DNA from: Camelus dromedarius
Lineage: Eukaryota
Direction of reading: 5' to 3'
Assembly: GCF_036321535.1 (NCBI RefSeq)
Contig: NC_087447.1
Location: forward strand, 32,304,001-32,368,000
DNA: 64,000 nt
Part shown: positions 24,101 to 37,789 of the stretch, in pieces
How the letters are laid out: the number at the start of each line of letters is the position of its first letter
How positions within the stretch are numbered: the stretch's first letter is position 1
Program-made: the position numbers and the translations under genes
The notes under the pieces: model-generated
The model's database searches: none
What the model was told of the DNA's origin: nothing
The model's input: the letters and a program-made list of their open reading frames with translations, nothing else

Positions 24101-24726
24101 GTTAAAACTTACATATTTCTCCCTGTCTACTAGCAGGTGGCGATCAAGATAAGAGTAATAACAGAAAAAATTTTTTTGTTGTTGCTTATCCCAGTTTCTA
24201 CTGTTAAGTTAAATTGTGAACTCAACTGTACATAAGTGAGATCGCTATTTTGTAAAATCTCCATATTAATTTTAGTGAATGCATTGCGTTATATCCAATA
24301 ATGTTAACTTAATTGATCATTTTACTACGAATTACTTTTTGGTTATTTCCAGTATCTGGCCAATATAGACGATGCTGCAATGAATAGAATATAACTGAGC
24401 TATTGACTTTCTACACACATTTTTCTGTCTGCAGTTCACAAATTTGTGAGGATCTCTGTGACATTGATTTCTAGAGTGCTATTACTTGCATTGTTATTTT
24501 CCTTAATAACATCCTTTGATGACATAACTATTACTGATTAAAAACAACTATTAGAGAGGTTCTTTCAAAACAATAGTCACCTTTTGAATCAATAATACAA
24601 TTTCTTCACCCTCAACTAAGTAAATCAACATACAGCACCCGACACTACACGTCACTTTGGAATCAAAATTTTACAATTGACACATAATAGTTTTCAATTA
24701 AATTTCCTTGGCTTTTCTCTCACCCT

Positions 24727-25214
24727 TGTGAACGAAAAATACTGCAAACCGTATCAATAAACAAAGAATGCTGAAACCATCAAAGTCATCAGCGGCTGCT
24801 GACGCCCCCCAGTGAAGACAAGCCTGCAGCCCGGCCTCTGTAGCCGCTCACAATGGTGCACCCTGAGGGGACTCAGAATAAGAAAGGACAGGATGCTGGC
24901 CCAGATAGGTAGGTGCTTGTCAAAGGAGTGAATTCAATGAGCCCAAATGTTTGCTCCCCTCAGTAAACAGAAAAGCACTAAATTCTTTAACTTGAGATGC
25001 CTGGTTTTCTTTAGATAACAAGTAATCTTTTATTGTTCCAACTACCTGGTCTTTGTTGTAAAGCTCCTACATATCCCCTACCTCTTCGGAGCAGTCCCTC
25101 AGAGCCATCTGAGAGGCTGTCATCCCGGGATCGAAGGGGTTAGAGTCCTCAGAAATGTCCTCCAAATAAAACATAACTCTCAACTTCTAGGCTGTGCATT
25201 TATCTCAGTCGACA
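24727..25214 (+). mobile_element. ERV solo LTR (ERV1-class), 488 bp
   Basis: TG...CA termini (TGTGAAC...GTCGACA), perfect 4-bp target-site duplication CCCT (24723-24726 and 25215-25218), AATAAA at 25165-25170. Confidence 0.85.
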
Positions 25215-25884
25215 CCCTCCATAAATGGCTTAGGAAAGAGACATTCCTCTACCACCCACAGCTGCACCATGCACCTCCTAACATCTCTCTCCCTACAGAA
25301 GCACACCAGAACACTCTTATCTCCTTCCCCTGTCCCTCCATTTATTATCTTCTTTCCTTTTTATTTTCCTTGATAACTTGCTTAATGGTTTAGTTAAAAG
25401 AAGAATGTTAAAGTCAAGAGGAGTCATGAGACACAGCAAAAATAAGATAGCATTCCATTTAATTAAGACACCCCCCTCTCCTGATGGGTTCCTCTAAAAG
25501 AAATGTTTTGAAGTGGATTCTGCTTCTTTTACCCAAAGAAAAGCTGATGAAGGATTTGAGGTGATATTTGGAGGGTTTTTTTTTTTTTTTTTGGCTTTTG
25601 CATTCTTCTTATTTCAAATAAAATCTCAAACGAGTCTTGAAAGATTTCTGACAAAAATAAATATGGGTTTGATTGAATGATAAAAAAACATCTGCCATAC
25701 TGATAAATATCAACTTACATTTGGGAGTCAGGTGCTCAATTCAACCTTCCCACAATGTCTAATGGGTTTAATTACATAAGACAAATCTATCTGAATCGAC
25801 TTGGCTTCGGATTTTATTTTTCAAGCTTTAAGGAAAGTGAGGGGTACTTGTATTTCATTTAAAAATCAGTGAAAAAGTAGAATC

Positions 25885-26318
25885 TGTTGCCAGAGAATAG
25901 GTTCTTGCCTCGCGTATGAAAGAATTCAAGAGTGAGGCACAGTAAAGTGGAAGCAAGCTTATTTAGAGAGATACATTCGCCATAGACAGAGTGCGGGCTG
26001 TCTTAGAAGGCAACAGAGAAAGTGACGACCAGGTGCAGGGTTGTTTGTTTTTATGGGCTTGGTAATTTCATATACTAGTTAGTGGGAGGATTCTTCCAAC
26101 TGTTTTGGTTAAGGGGCAGGGATTTCCACGAATTGGGCCCCGCCCACTTTTGGACCTTTCATGGTCAGTCTAGGAACTGCCGCCTGTGGGTGTGCCTCGA
26201 GGCTCAAGGTCTACCGGAAGTCGTCTTCTGCCATCTTGGTTGTACCCAGTTTGCCCTGGCCTCAATGGCTGTGTCATTCCTTCAGTGGTTGTACCCTGCC
26301 CTCTTCCCTCCTGTCTCA
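25885..26318 (-). mobile_element. ERV solo LTR (ERV1-like), 434 bp
   Basis: On the minus strand reads TGAGACAGG...GGCAACA. Flanks AATC/AAAC (3/4 TSD). CCCATAAAAA TATA-like motif. More GC-rich than its flanks. Confidence 0.7.
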
Positions 26319-27241
26319 AAACTTCTTGGTTGAAAACTGAAATGTGAATACAAAGTATTTGTCAATGACATTTTAAAAGGAAAATATCTACCAATCATAG
26401 GAACTATTTACTTATCTTAAAAACGATTTCCTCCCTTGCTAGCTTCTCCATACATCTTAGAAACCCAACACTTGAGTTGGTTTAAGACTGCAGTGTACTG
26501 ATAACCTTGTGAATGAAATCGAGCTTTATTTATCTTACAGTCTAACTCTATAAACACTGTTAAGCCATAAAAAAAGAAAGCTATATCCGAGAAATCAACT
26601 TCCATGCTCTTCCTTATTGTTATCAGCACCCAGGAAGGAAGCAACATGAGCTGTGCAACACACCCCACATCACTGTAACTCAGGGGCTGATTTGACAAGC
26701 CACAGATACTGCAGTTGCGGCTAGTTGCACAGTAACACTGACTGGTTCTCTCAAGCAAGAAAATCTCTCTCCTTCACTTGTGAAATCATTCTTCAATAAC
26801 GAGATCATTTTAAATTATGCAAAAATGTTCATAAGATCTACCTAGTGGATGACAAATCATCACTGCCAGTATTGGAGTAACTGTCTCGTGGCTTTATAAA
26901 ATTCACAACCCTCAGTTCTAAATGCTTAATACCGATCATTAGTTACTACTATATGCCATATACTCAATACTGAACATTCTATGAAAATGTTTTAGGATCA
27001 CATAATGGAATACCACATTTTTAAAAAATCTTATAATAAAGTTTCTTCTTTTGAGTGCAATTAAAAAACACAATTTTTTTGAAACTGAACTGCAATTTGA
27101 AACTAGAGATTCAAATATTATATAACTAAACTGTATCTCTCTATAGTGTTAAAAACATTTATTAAGTATTTTTTTAAGGGAAAGAAGAACAAGAAGTGGG
27201 ATACATGTGCCACAGGCATAAGTATGAGAGAAATAATTCAA

Positions 27242-27244
<3 letters not shown>

Positions 27245-27275
<31 letters not shown>
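27245..27275. repeat. T31 homopolymer (A31 on the ANO5 sense strand)
   Basis: Directly visible. Confidence 0.95.
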
Positions 27276-27279
<4 letters not shown>

Positions 27280-28548
27280 AGCTATCAAATCCATCACTTC
27301 ATTCTTACTTGGTTGATCCACATTTGGTGTTAAACTCTGTTATTGATCTTAAACTGGCAATTTCTCTAAAACAGGTTCACATTTGAGATGTTACATCACA
27401 TCAGATCAATAACACAACCACATCTTGTGGGTCAAAGGCGTAAGAACAAGGCACTGGGTGTTGTACAGCGATGCATCAACAGAAAAAATTGTAAACTCAT
27501 GAAAAGCTTTGAGATTGCTTTAAACAACGAGATAACATTTCACAAACAACTTGTACCTAACTTACACAAATAGCTAATGCTCAAACAGGCTTCATGACGC
27601 AAAAAAGGCATTGTAGAAGAAAAATGATTTTTAAAAATAATTCAGTGCTTTTTTAGGTTGAGATCAATAAATTTATCAACACACATTGTCTTGCATTCAT
27701 TAACTACTGGGAAGACACACTTACTTCTCTATATCTTTCATTTACTTGAAGACCTGAAACAATCTAATACTTTTCTTTATGCTACTTTCCAGATAAGACA
27801 ATCCAGTCTTAAAACTACTGTTAACAAAACGTTATCTTTAAAAAACTGAGTTGTTAGTCCTTTGCTGAGACTCAAACATTCCGTCTCTTGAAAAATCAAT
27901 TCTGTATTTACCTGGAAGGGCTATCTGGAATTCTGATGGAAGTTTACCTTATTCAGGAGGATTTCGGGAACAAACTCCTGCCACGATATTTACCTAGTAA
28001 TTTTAGTATGTGAGTTTTCTTATGTTATCTGATTTTGGTTTTTCTGCATAGTCTAAAATGGCAAGGTATACACACACACACACACACACACACACAGATA
28101 TATATATGGCTCAGTAGGCCTCTTCACTTCTCTTCTTTTTTCCCCAGGATTTCTCTTGATGGGAAGGAGATATAAAATAACCCAACAGAAAGAAGACCAT
28201 GAAAATGAGCAGCTGCACTGGAAGGTGATGGGATAGCGCACAACCAGTGTTTAATTCTAAACTGCAACATCCCACGATTTTAAAATATTCTGATTTCATA
28301 CACATTTTAAACAATCATCTACAGAACCCCGGAGAATGGTGTCTGGGGCGGGCCCAGCCAATGAAGCAGACAAGCTCCTTCCAACCTCTACCAAGCTGGC
28401 CTCTATAAAAGGGTACAAAAAATTTTGAGTTGAAGAAAAAAAGGGGGGGAGGTTAAAATTAACACATGGCTTCTGCCTTCTGGCCCCAAACCCAGGGAAT
28501 ATTATTGTAAAGTCAGACAGGCTGCTGGCCGCTGGCTGGTTGTGTCGC

Positions 28549-28770
28549 TCAGACTGTTGATTGAGCCAGCTGGGCTTTGTTTTCCTGAATAAGAACATGC
28601 TTGGCAAAATCATCAGAATTCATTTTCAAGTTCTCTTTTAGTTTGTTAAGCTCAAAGTCATGGAGAATCTTGACAGTCATTAACTTTTCTCTCTTGATTC
28701 TTTCCACAACATCTTTTGGAACATCAGGGATCATCCAGGCCAACAAAAACTTGATTAAAAACACAATGTG
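28549..28770 (-). CDS. ANO5: ANO5 terminal coding exon 22, 222 nt, [31 protein letters not shown]...[10 protein letters not shown]
   Basis: ORF 28549..28764(-) extended to acceptor tgtag|C. IPDVP motif, TGA stop. The 14 exons sum to 1980 nt (660 codons) with compatible phases. Confidence 0.96.
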   Translation of the reverse strand, partial: HIVFLIKFLLAWMIPDVPKDVVERIKREKLMTVKILHDFELNKLKENLKMNSDDFAKHVLIQENKAQLAQSTV

Positions 28771-31338
28771 CTACAGGAAGCATAAAAGAAAATCAGAGAC
28801 ACTGTTAGAATTATCAGACGTTCAGCAGGAAATTCTTGCAAATCATTTCATTCATTCAATCTATGCTCAACACTGTAGGTAGAAAGGAAAGCAAGAAGAT
28901 ATGGTCCCTGTTCTGGAACTTTCCTACAAAGACTGACATTAAACACATAAATATATACTAAAGCACATAATTACAAAGATTCTAGTTGAAAAGTTATTAA
29001 ATATATACTTAATCTATGCTCCCTCCTGAAATCCTAACAAAATATTTGTAAAGAAATTTTTAAAATATGGTATCATTAACAAAGACAAAAAGAAAAGGGA
29101 GGAAACAGTGATTACGGACTCAAAAGAATGAAGAAAGCTGGCACTGAAATTTGCAGTTAGTGATATGGTGATGATAGGGACCAAGATAAAAGCCAATTTT
29201 GTTTTAAGTCGTCAGGAAAGTTCATGAATGAAGGGCCTAAAGATTTTGAAGGCATGTGCAGGTGGAGTTGAAAATAAGAGCATTAGTTAAAAATTTGTGT
29301 AAGGAGCAGATGAATTTTCAGAACCTCTCTTTCATCCATATCCAGGTTCTCCTTTCCAGCCCCACCCTAACAGCAACGGAGCACCATATTCTCTGCAGAA
29401 ATTAAGACAGAAAGCTGTGAACTCGGGGGCAGTGGAGAGAGCAGAAGTTGGAGGTGTGGCACCATATTGAAAACAGGGCAACTAAATGGAATTTAGCACG
29501 TTGAAAAATAGCTAATCTGTGAAATTAGAATTACAGATATCAAAATTCTGTTGACCTCAAATGAAAAGGCTTCCTCACTAGCTTATCACGCTGCAGTGAA
29601 ACCCACGCAAGTGGCATTCCTCCTGTATGCACACAGGGCTTATTGTCAGCTTCCACTGCTTTGCGCTTAAATACAAGGAGACTGCCAGTAACAACCGAAT
29701 ATGTAAGACAGTCTCTAACCTGAGAGGATAAGACTAAAACACACAAATAGAATGAAGAGGAAACAGAAATAATGATGGAAGCAAAATACAATAAAAAGAC
29801 AAAGATATGAATCTGCCTATTTATAGGAGAGAAAATTAATTAGAATTTCAAAACGGGGAGTTGTAATACCTGAACAACAGAAGTTCCAGAAAGACAAAAC
29901 AGAGAAAATAAGGAAATCATCAGAGAAATAATACAATGCACCTGAAGGGTAATTACATTTTCAGATTCAAGGGGCTTCAGTGAGTGTGCAGAACAATGAA
30001 TATTGTTCAGTATCAACTGACTGTCTTGTGAAGTTTCATAAAAGAAGGACTAGTGAGAGACTCCTCAAAGCTTATCGATATAAAAGAGATCATAAACAAA
30101 GACTGGGGAATTAAAACAGTATTGTATTTTATAACAACAGTAGAAGCTGACAGAAAATAGAGCAATGTCTTTGAAAATTTCAGGAATACCCAAATAAAGT
30201 TGGTTGAAAAATTTTCAAGGGAAATGACTTTTAGTCTTGAATTCTATACCAATTAATCACTTACAAGAAAAAAGAAACAATTTTAATATTCACGTTCTCA
30301 AAAACTGACAGCCCATTATTTTTCTCAGAAAATTAATGAAAGATGTGCTTTATCAAAATAAGCTAGTAATCCAAGAATGGGAGAGAATATAGTATTCAAT
30401 AAAAGAGAAGTTGAACAGAAGTCCCAGAATAACGGTGAGTCAGAGCCTGGGATGATTAAAAAATTAATGAAAATAATAAACAAAAACAAAAATTCAAAAG
30501 AATTCCTATTGTAATTTACCAGACTGCAAGGTGATCTAAACCTCTGATGGAAAATGTGGGAGTGAAAGTGATAAATTCATAAAGAACTGAGAGGGGTGGG
30601 GCTTTAAATTACTTACATGCATAACCTTGATAAAAATAAAATAAATTACACAAAAACTGATTGGAATCTGTGGTGCTTGCATTAGACTTGCCTAGTCTAT
30701 TATTGGCCTTTACTGGCAAGTGAAGAAGTGCCTTACATTTCTCTCTCCCTTATTGGTCTTCATGTCTTATAATTTGCAGCAGTCAGTTTGTTAACTTAGT
30801 CTATCTAATACCCCTCTGGATTCGTTCTCTTTTACTGCAGGACTTGTGTCCATAATTACACTGGATATTCCACCAGGGAGGAAACGTGAGACAGTGGGCA
30901 GAGCAGAGGCTTGGCAGTGAGACATCTGGCACTGAAACCCAGCTCTAATATTAGCTGATTATCTTTAAACCAACTACCTAATTTTGCTGACTCTTGGACT
31001 CGTTTGTCAAGGGTGAATAATGAAGTCAAACTTACACAGTTATTATTATAGCCTCTGGAACCAGTGTAGAGTGGGTATTCAGCAAAATCAGCAGATCCTC
31101 TGCCCTCACACTGGCCTCAAGGGACCTTTTCTGTCCCTATGTTATCTTCAATAGCAACTGAATAACAGGCAATCTATTGTACTGAAAATATTCCTAAGTT
31201 ACTTTTTGTGACAACCAATACTTCCTTCAAAACAATCTATCGAGATAATGCTAATTTTCTGTGGAGCAGATACCTTTAGAAACATATGCCTAAAGGGAAA
31301 AAAGAGACTAACTGGAATGAAGGCTGAGAAAGGTTTAC

Positions 31339-31444
31339 CTCCATAACTATGATGAAGGTCATCTTGGCAGCAAGGACATGCCAGTACTTCATATTATGAA
31401 AATATTTCTCATCGTGATCAGGAGGATTTCTGTAATCTCTGTAC
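31339..31444 (-). CDS. ANO5: ANO5 exon 21, 106 nt, (R)[35 protein letters not shown]
   Basis: Inside ORF 31276..31470(-). Acceptor ttcag|G, donor GAG|GTAAAC. Confidence 0.95.
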
Positions 31445-32207
31445 CTGAAAAAAAAGGAAGTGTATGCCAAAAATTAGCTATAACTTCAAACAAGAGACCT
31501 AGCATAAATTCACATTATTCCTTTTAAGAGACCTTTTAGGTGACCACAAAAGTCAAGTCAAAGGAAAATACTGCTATTATGAAACATTTGTCTTTCTTAC
31601 AGAGATAAAAATCACAGTCCTATGCTACTTATGCATAATAAAGATACAGCGGGAGACACAAGTGAAACTTCTCCTTGCCTTCAAAGACAAATTTCTCCAA
31701 AGAGTTAGCAACATTTGCTCTTTCCATTCCCTCTCTTCCTATTCCTTGACACGCCTAGTTCCATCATCACTCCACTGAAACCAATGGTCTCCTGTCATTA
31801 AGCTGAAGGAACATTTTAATCCCTGTCATATTTGATCTGTGAAGGACAGGACTTGACACTGTCGATCGGTTCCATTTTCTTGAAGCTCTGTTTTCTCTCG
31901 GCTTATCTGACACTTCATTGTTTTTGTTTGCCTTATTATCCCTCTGGAGTTTTCTTGGTGATCAATTTCTAAGTTCATTTTTTTTTTCTACAAAGTTTCT
32001 AGATCTTGATATTCTTCAAAAATTTAGTTCAGCTAGGAAGTGATGGCATCAAGAAATCTGACACTTGTCCATGTCATCATTCCTCTATATAAAAATATGG
32101 ACCATAACAATGTTTTGTCTACATGTGTTGTACCATTTTGCTGGGTTTTTGTCAGAATCCCAGATAAAGCAGTTGGTTTAAGGTTTAAGTTTAAAAGCCT
32201 TGATGTA

Positions 32208-32242
<35 letters not shown>

Positions 32243-32794
32243 ATACAACTAATTTTTATATATATAATCGTTAAATCCTAGAGTAAAAAGATCCCCACAG
32301 TAAATGAGGCACTGAGGGTGAAAACAGCAGGTTCACAAATTCAATTTCACACTCCTTCCTACATGGAAGAAACCTTTAAATGGGGTGGCCAGTGAACTAA
32401 TCACATCTACCTCACTCTATCTTGTTTTGAGGACATATAGTTAAATTCAAGTAGTTTAAATGCACATATATTATGACCATGCTGTAGGATCTAAAGATAT
32501 TACAACTTGGGACCAAGGGGGCATTTGTTGGAGAAAACTTTTCCAATAAATTTGAAAATAAGAAATATTTCAAAATTGTCATTATCTTTCTCCATAATAT
32601 CTCTTCCTTCTGGACATTCTACTTTCCTAAACCAGAATCATACAATGTATGCATTCTAGAAATGTGTATGTACTTTATTCATCAGAAATTTTTACTGCCC
32701 CAAGTAAAACATTTTTTTAAGACATGAAAGAAATGGAGAACTTAAGAAATACATTTAAAAAGCAAAATTAAAACCTAAGAAATTAAGAGAAAAC

Positions 32795-32973
32795 CTGCAA
32801 GTGGTGAAGTCCCGTTTTTCCGAAGGCACAGTGTTGTTTGGAAAATCCGCTATCAGGAATGTTGACAGGCTGTCGTTGACATACCCTTTTAAAGGCTCAA
32901 TGCTATTTGTTGAGTAGGCATAGTAGTAAACTAAACGAGGAATCATGTCTGATGTAAATGCAACAATAAAAGC
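32795..32973 (-). CDS. ANO5: ANO5 exon 20, 179 nt, [59 protein letters not shown](R)
   Basis: Overlaps ORF 32755..32946(-). Acceptor tttag|G. Donor CAG|GTTTTC is weak but is fixed by the conserved CRYRDYR junction with exon 21. Confidence 0.9.
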
Positions 32974-34630
32974 CTAAAGGACAAAGCAAGAGAGAGATCA
33001 TGAGCTAACAATCTAGTTTTACAAATGATTTGTATGTCTTTCAGTTCCATGTGACATATAGATGCAAAATGTTTAGAATGCTATTACTAATCACGCTAAT
33101 ATGAGTCTTTGAAACATGAGCTATGAGTCTAGAACATGAAGTAGTTCATTTATAGTATATGATTAATATTCCAAGATTTCATAGCTAAAAAGTGGCTATG
33201 TTGAAAATTTAACCTAAATGTATCTGTCTCCAAAAACACCATGCCTGTATCTGTCTCTTTCCATCATGCCTTGCTATTTCTTACATTTCTTTTTGCTTCA
33301 TAACACAGTTCTACTGTCCTTAACCAAATTTACTTGCCTAGACCAACTCCATAAACTGGAACAGACTGTGAGTGTGTGTACGTGTGCATGTATATGTGTG
33401 TGTGTAGGGAATGGAGAACAGAGAGAGGACCTGAGACATTTCCCACAGTTCAGTGCAATTAATTTCAGTATTTGATTCCACAGGAATGGTATCTTCCCTT
33501 CCTTTCCTAAGCTCTGGAGTAGTGTGCACAGCACATTTCCTTCAGGTAAGACAAATCAATTTAAAACCATCTGGCTCTGCCATCTACATCTTTAGTGGTA
33601 GATTTTTAAAAAATATTTAATTTTGCTTCTAAAGCTACTGGTTCATTTCAGGGTTTCTGTCACTTACTGAATGCATTTTGGCAGTTTTATTTTCTAAAAA
33701 ATGTGATAATTTCAAATAGATTTTAAAAAGTATTAGAATAAACTCATACATAGCAGTCTCATAATTTTCTCACTTGTACCTCGTAACTTTTTTTTCTTGA
33801 GATTTTCAGAGTTTTGTTATTTTGTCTTTTCAGTGAACCAACTCTTGATTGACTTAGCAATTACATTGCTTTTTGTTTTCTAATTTGGTTATTTCTGATT
33901 ATATATTTATTAATTCTTTCTTACTACTTTCTAATGATTCGCTTTACATTTTTTCTTAAGTTTCTTAAGTTACATGCTCAACTCATGCTTTTCTGTCTTC
34001 TTTTTAATAATATAAGCATGTGTTGCTATACATTTTTTTGTAACTGTAGGTTACATTTAGGTTTTCATTTTAATTAGGCTACCCTTACAATTTCAGTATT
34101 ATTTCCTCATTGTATAATAAAGCTTCCTTATAAGCATGAATGTTAAGTGGTTAAATTTTCTTTTTTTGGCTGTCTTATTATTAATTTCAATTTTTATACC
34201 ATTATTGTTGGAGAATATGCAGTGTATAATTTCTACTTTGGGGAATTTAGTTTTATTATCATTTTTAATAAGTGATCCATAAATATAAAAGGTAAATCTT
34301 ATGTCTTATTTGCAGTATACAACTTTATGTATAATCAAGCTTTAATTGTATTACTTAAATCCTTTATACCATTACTTATTTTCTGTCTTACTCTGCCACA
34401 TGCTATAAAACTGTATCATGGTATTATAATGAGCATGTGTTTTATAGTTTTCCTTGTATTTCTAAGAGTTTGCATGTCACAGATTTGTCTATGTTGTTTA
34501 GTGTATAAAAGTTTAGGGAAGTTTTATCTTTCTAAACTGTCACCATGATGAAATTAATGTGAATAAATGCTTAGTTAAATATCACTCACCTCCCCCCATC
34601 TCTCAGAAAACAAAATAAAGTACAGAATTA

Positions 34631-35030
<400 letters not shown>

Positions 35031-37132
35031 AATTCACAAACTCATTATTGTGGAGGGAAAATGGGGGACCACTCCACCCAACTCCTGCCTCTTTCCTTCA
35101 TTTTGGAGGGATCTACACCAGCAAAACATGCCAGGCCTCTTTCCAGCTGCCCACTTCCTCCTCCTGGTAGGAAACATAGTGACTTATTTGCTTGTTACAA
35201 CAGGAAGGAGAAAACGGGCATGCACAGCTCAGTTCTCTTGCTGTTTCTTTAGGGATCTGCTTGTTGAAAACAGTATCTATTCTTGTTAGGTAAGATATTC
35301 TTATTCTTCTTAAAACATAGTCTTTTATTATGGTCTATAGTTAGTTCTATGCTGGTCTATGGGGTAATCAAATTTCTACCTTGCTAATCTATGTACTTTT
35401 TAAAGTCCGAGACAACGACCAACTCATTTGTATGCTCTGGGTATACAAAAGTATTCAACTACAAGCCTTATAAATGAATGTATTATTTAAGATTTGAAGA
35501 GGCTAACAGAGGAAAAGGTAGTACAAAGTATTTGAGAATAAATCAGAAAATGAATCATAAAGCATTGGAAACATATATAAATTTTATGTAGCAAAGGAAA
35601 TATACATATTCTGGAATTGAGGTACTTGTTAAGGTCCTGATCCTCTGTACTATCTTGACATTTTTATAAATAAGTTTTACTCTCTTTCCTCACTAAGACT
35701 TAACATCTGTGTAAGCTGGCTTCTCTGCCCATTCTTCTCCTTTGGTTCCATCAGTGCTTGGGATAAAAGAATCCATGCAGCTGGCAGACCGGGGCTTCCC
35801 ACGTAAGTGAAGAAAAAAGGAATCAGAGATACTAAAATGTCTTTCTATTGAAGGAAGAAAGGATCTTCCACTACTCCTCTATTTTTAGACAGATCTCGAA
35901 TGCTTCTGGATTTCAGCTTTTCTCATAAGACTTCTTCATTAGAATCAGTCTTGTCATCTATTAAACCAGGTAGAGAAACTGCTTCCTTCCCATCTTCTCT
36001 ATTGAACCAAGCGATAGAAAATTAAGATGAAGTATTATTCAGGAACAGCTTGAATTTCTAGGTTCAAATCCAGATCTATACTTATAACCTTTGTGGCCCG
36101 TGGCAAATTACTTAAAACTATCCAAGTTTCAGTATCCTCTAAAATAAAATGCAGTGGACAATGACTATTCTGTAGCATGTTTCTATATTAGAGATGATGT
36201 ATGTAAAACATCAGAATTAGTTAACTCTTAGCTGCGTCTCAGTCAATGGTAGTTAATCTTGTTATGAACCCTTGACTTCATCTTTTAACTTCAGTCATAA
36301 TTTCTGATGCATTTATGCACAAATCCACTTGAAACATACACGATTAACTAAAAATTAGTCTTATCACTCCATAAAACAAGGACTACCTAATTTTATGACT
36401 GGAGACTTCTTCCTATTTGTCCTAAATTTACCTATTTTAATCCAGGTATTATATGTATGTATTATACTGGAGAATCAGTAACAAATTCAGGTCATCTCAT
36501 TTATTCTACCATGACTTTTATGGGCCTTGAGAATAAGTTGGGAAAACTGTCCCTCTTAATTCCAAAGAAGCAGAGAAGGTCCCTTGAGAGGAAACACTCT
36601 GAGTAAACCCCATGAGCAGTCCCCATCATTGTCTCTCCTAAAATTTCACCGCAAGATCTCTTCTCTGTTCAATCCTTAGAATATTTTATGCATTTCTTGT
36701 GTCCAATTTGGGATTCCCTTGCATAACTGCTTTTAGCCTTCTTCTTTTCAGCCTAAAATGAAGGACATACACTAAATGTATGTCAGACTCTGGAAATGCT
36801 TTTCAATGTGTTCTCTCTATGAGCAGTCACTGAGACAAACAAAAGGAGAAAGCTATTTAAATTTAATTTGAGACCCTTAATTTATTTGGCTCAACAATAA
36901 TTACATTCCATTGACAGGAAAAAAATCTCTCTGAGACTTGTGTTTTGAAACTAAATTTCATTCTGCATTCTGTTTGGTGGGAAATAGAAAAACTGAACCA
37001 ATCTTCTCATATCCATCCATCTTTTTTTTCAATCCCACTATCCAATGATTTATTGAATACCTACTACGTGCAAGGCAGGAAGAAATATTAAGAGCTGAAA
37101 AACACATTTTACTCAGCCTATTCCATGTTTCA

Positions 37133-37342
<210 letters not shown>

Positions 37343-37789
37343 TCAGATCTTGAAATGGGCAGTAAGAGAGGTTAAGTAACCTAAGATCACAGAACAAGTA
37401 GAGGCAGCACTACAGCTCAGGTCCAAGTCCAAATCTAGTGTTCTGTTCACAGTAACTGCTGAGGGCAAAAGGTCTCTATGAGGGTGATTAAGAAAGTAAT
37501 ACAGCCCTGACTCTCTGCATGGAAATGTATGTACTCAGACAGTTCTGTTAAAGAGCATGTGGAGGAAAGGGTCACCACAGCACTGTTTTTTCTATTTAAT
37601 TTACTAACCTTTATGTTATGATACTCAGATGGCCACTTGGGGAAATGAGAAATTGGTTACAATAGAAAATGCATGACAAGGGAATGTAGAGGCTTATCTA
37701 ACACATGAAAATAAATGTAAAAATCCTAATCAGAGTATTACCTAATTAACTTCTACACTACATAAAAATAATATATCATGATGTTAGAT

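Larger units (their letters stand above)
25440..28548 (-). other. ANO5: Probable ANO5 3' UTR (end uncertain)
   Basis: Follows the stop codon. Candidate minus-strand hexamers: AATAAA at 27158-27163, 26525-26530 and 25813-25818, and ATTAAA at 25458-25463 followed by U/GU-rich sequence. Confidence 0.5.
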
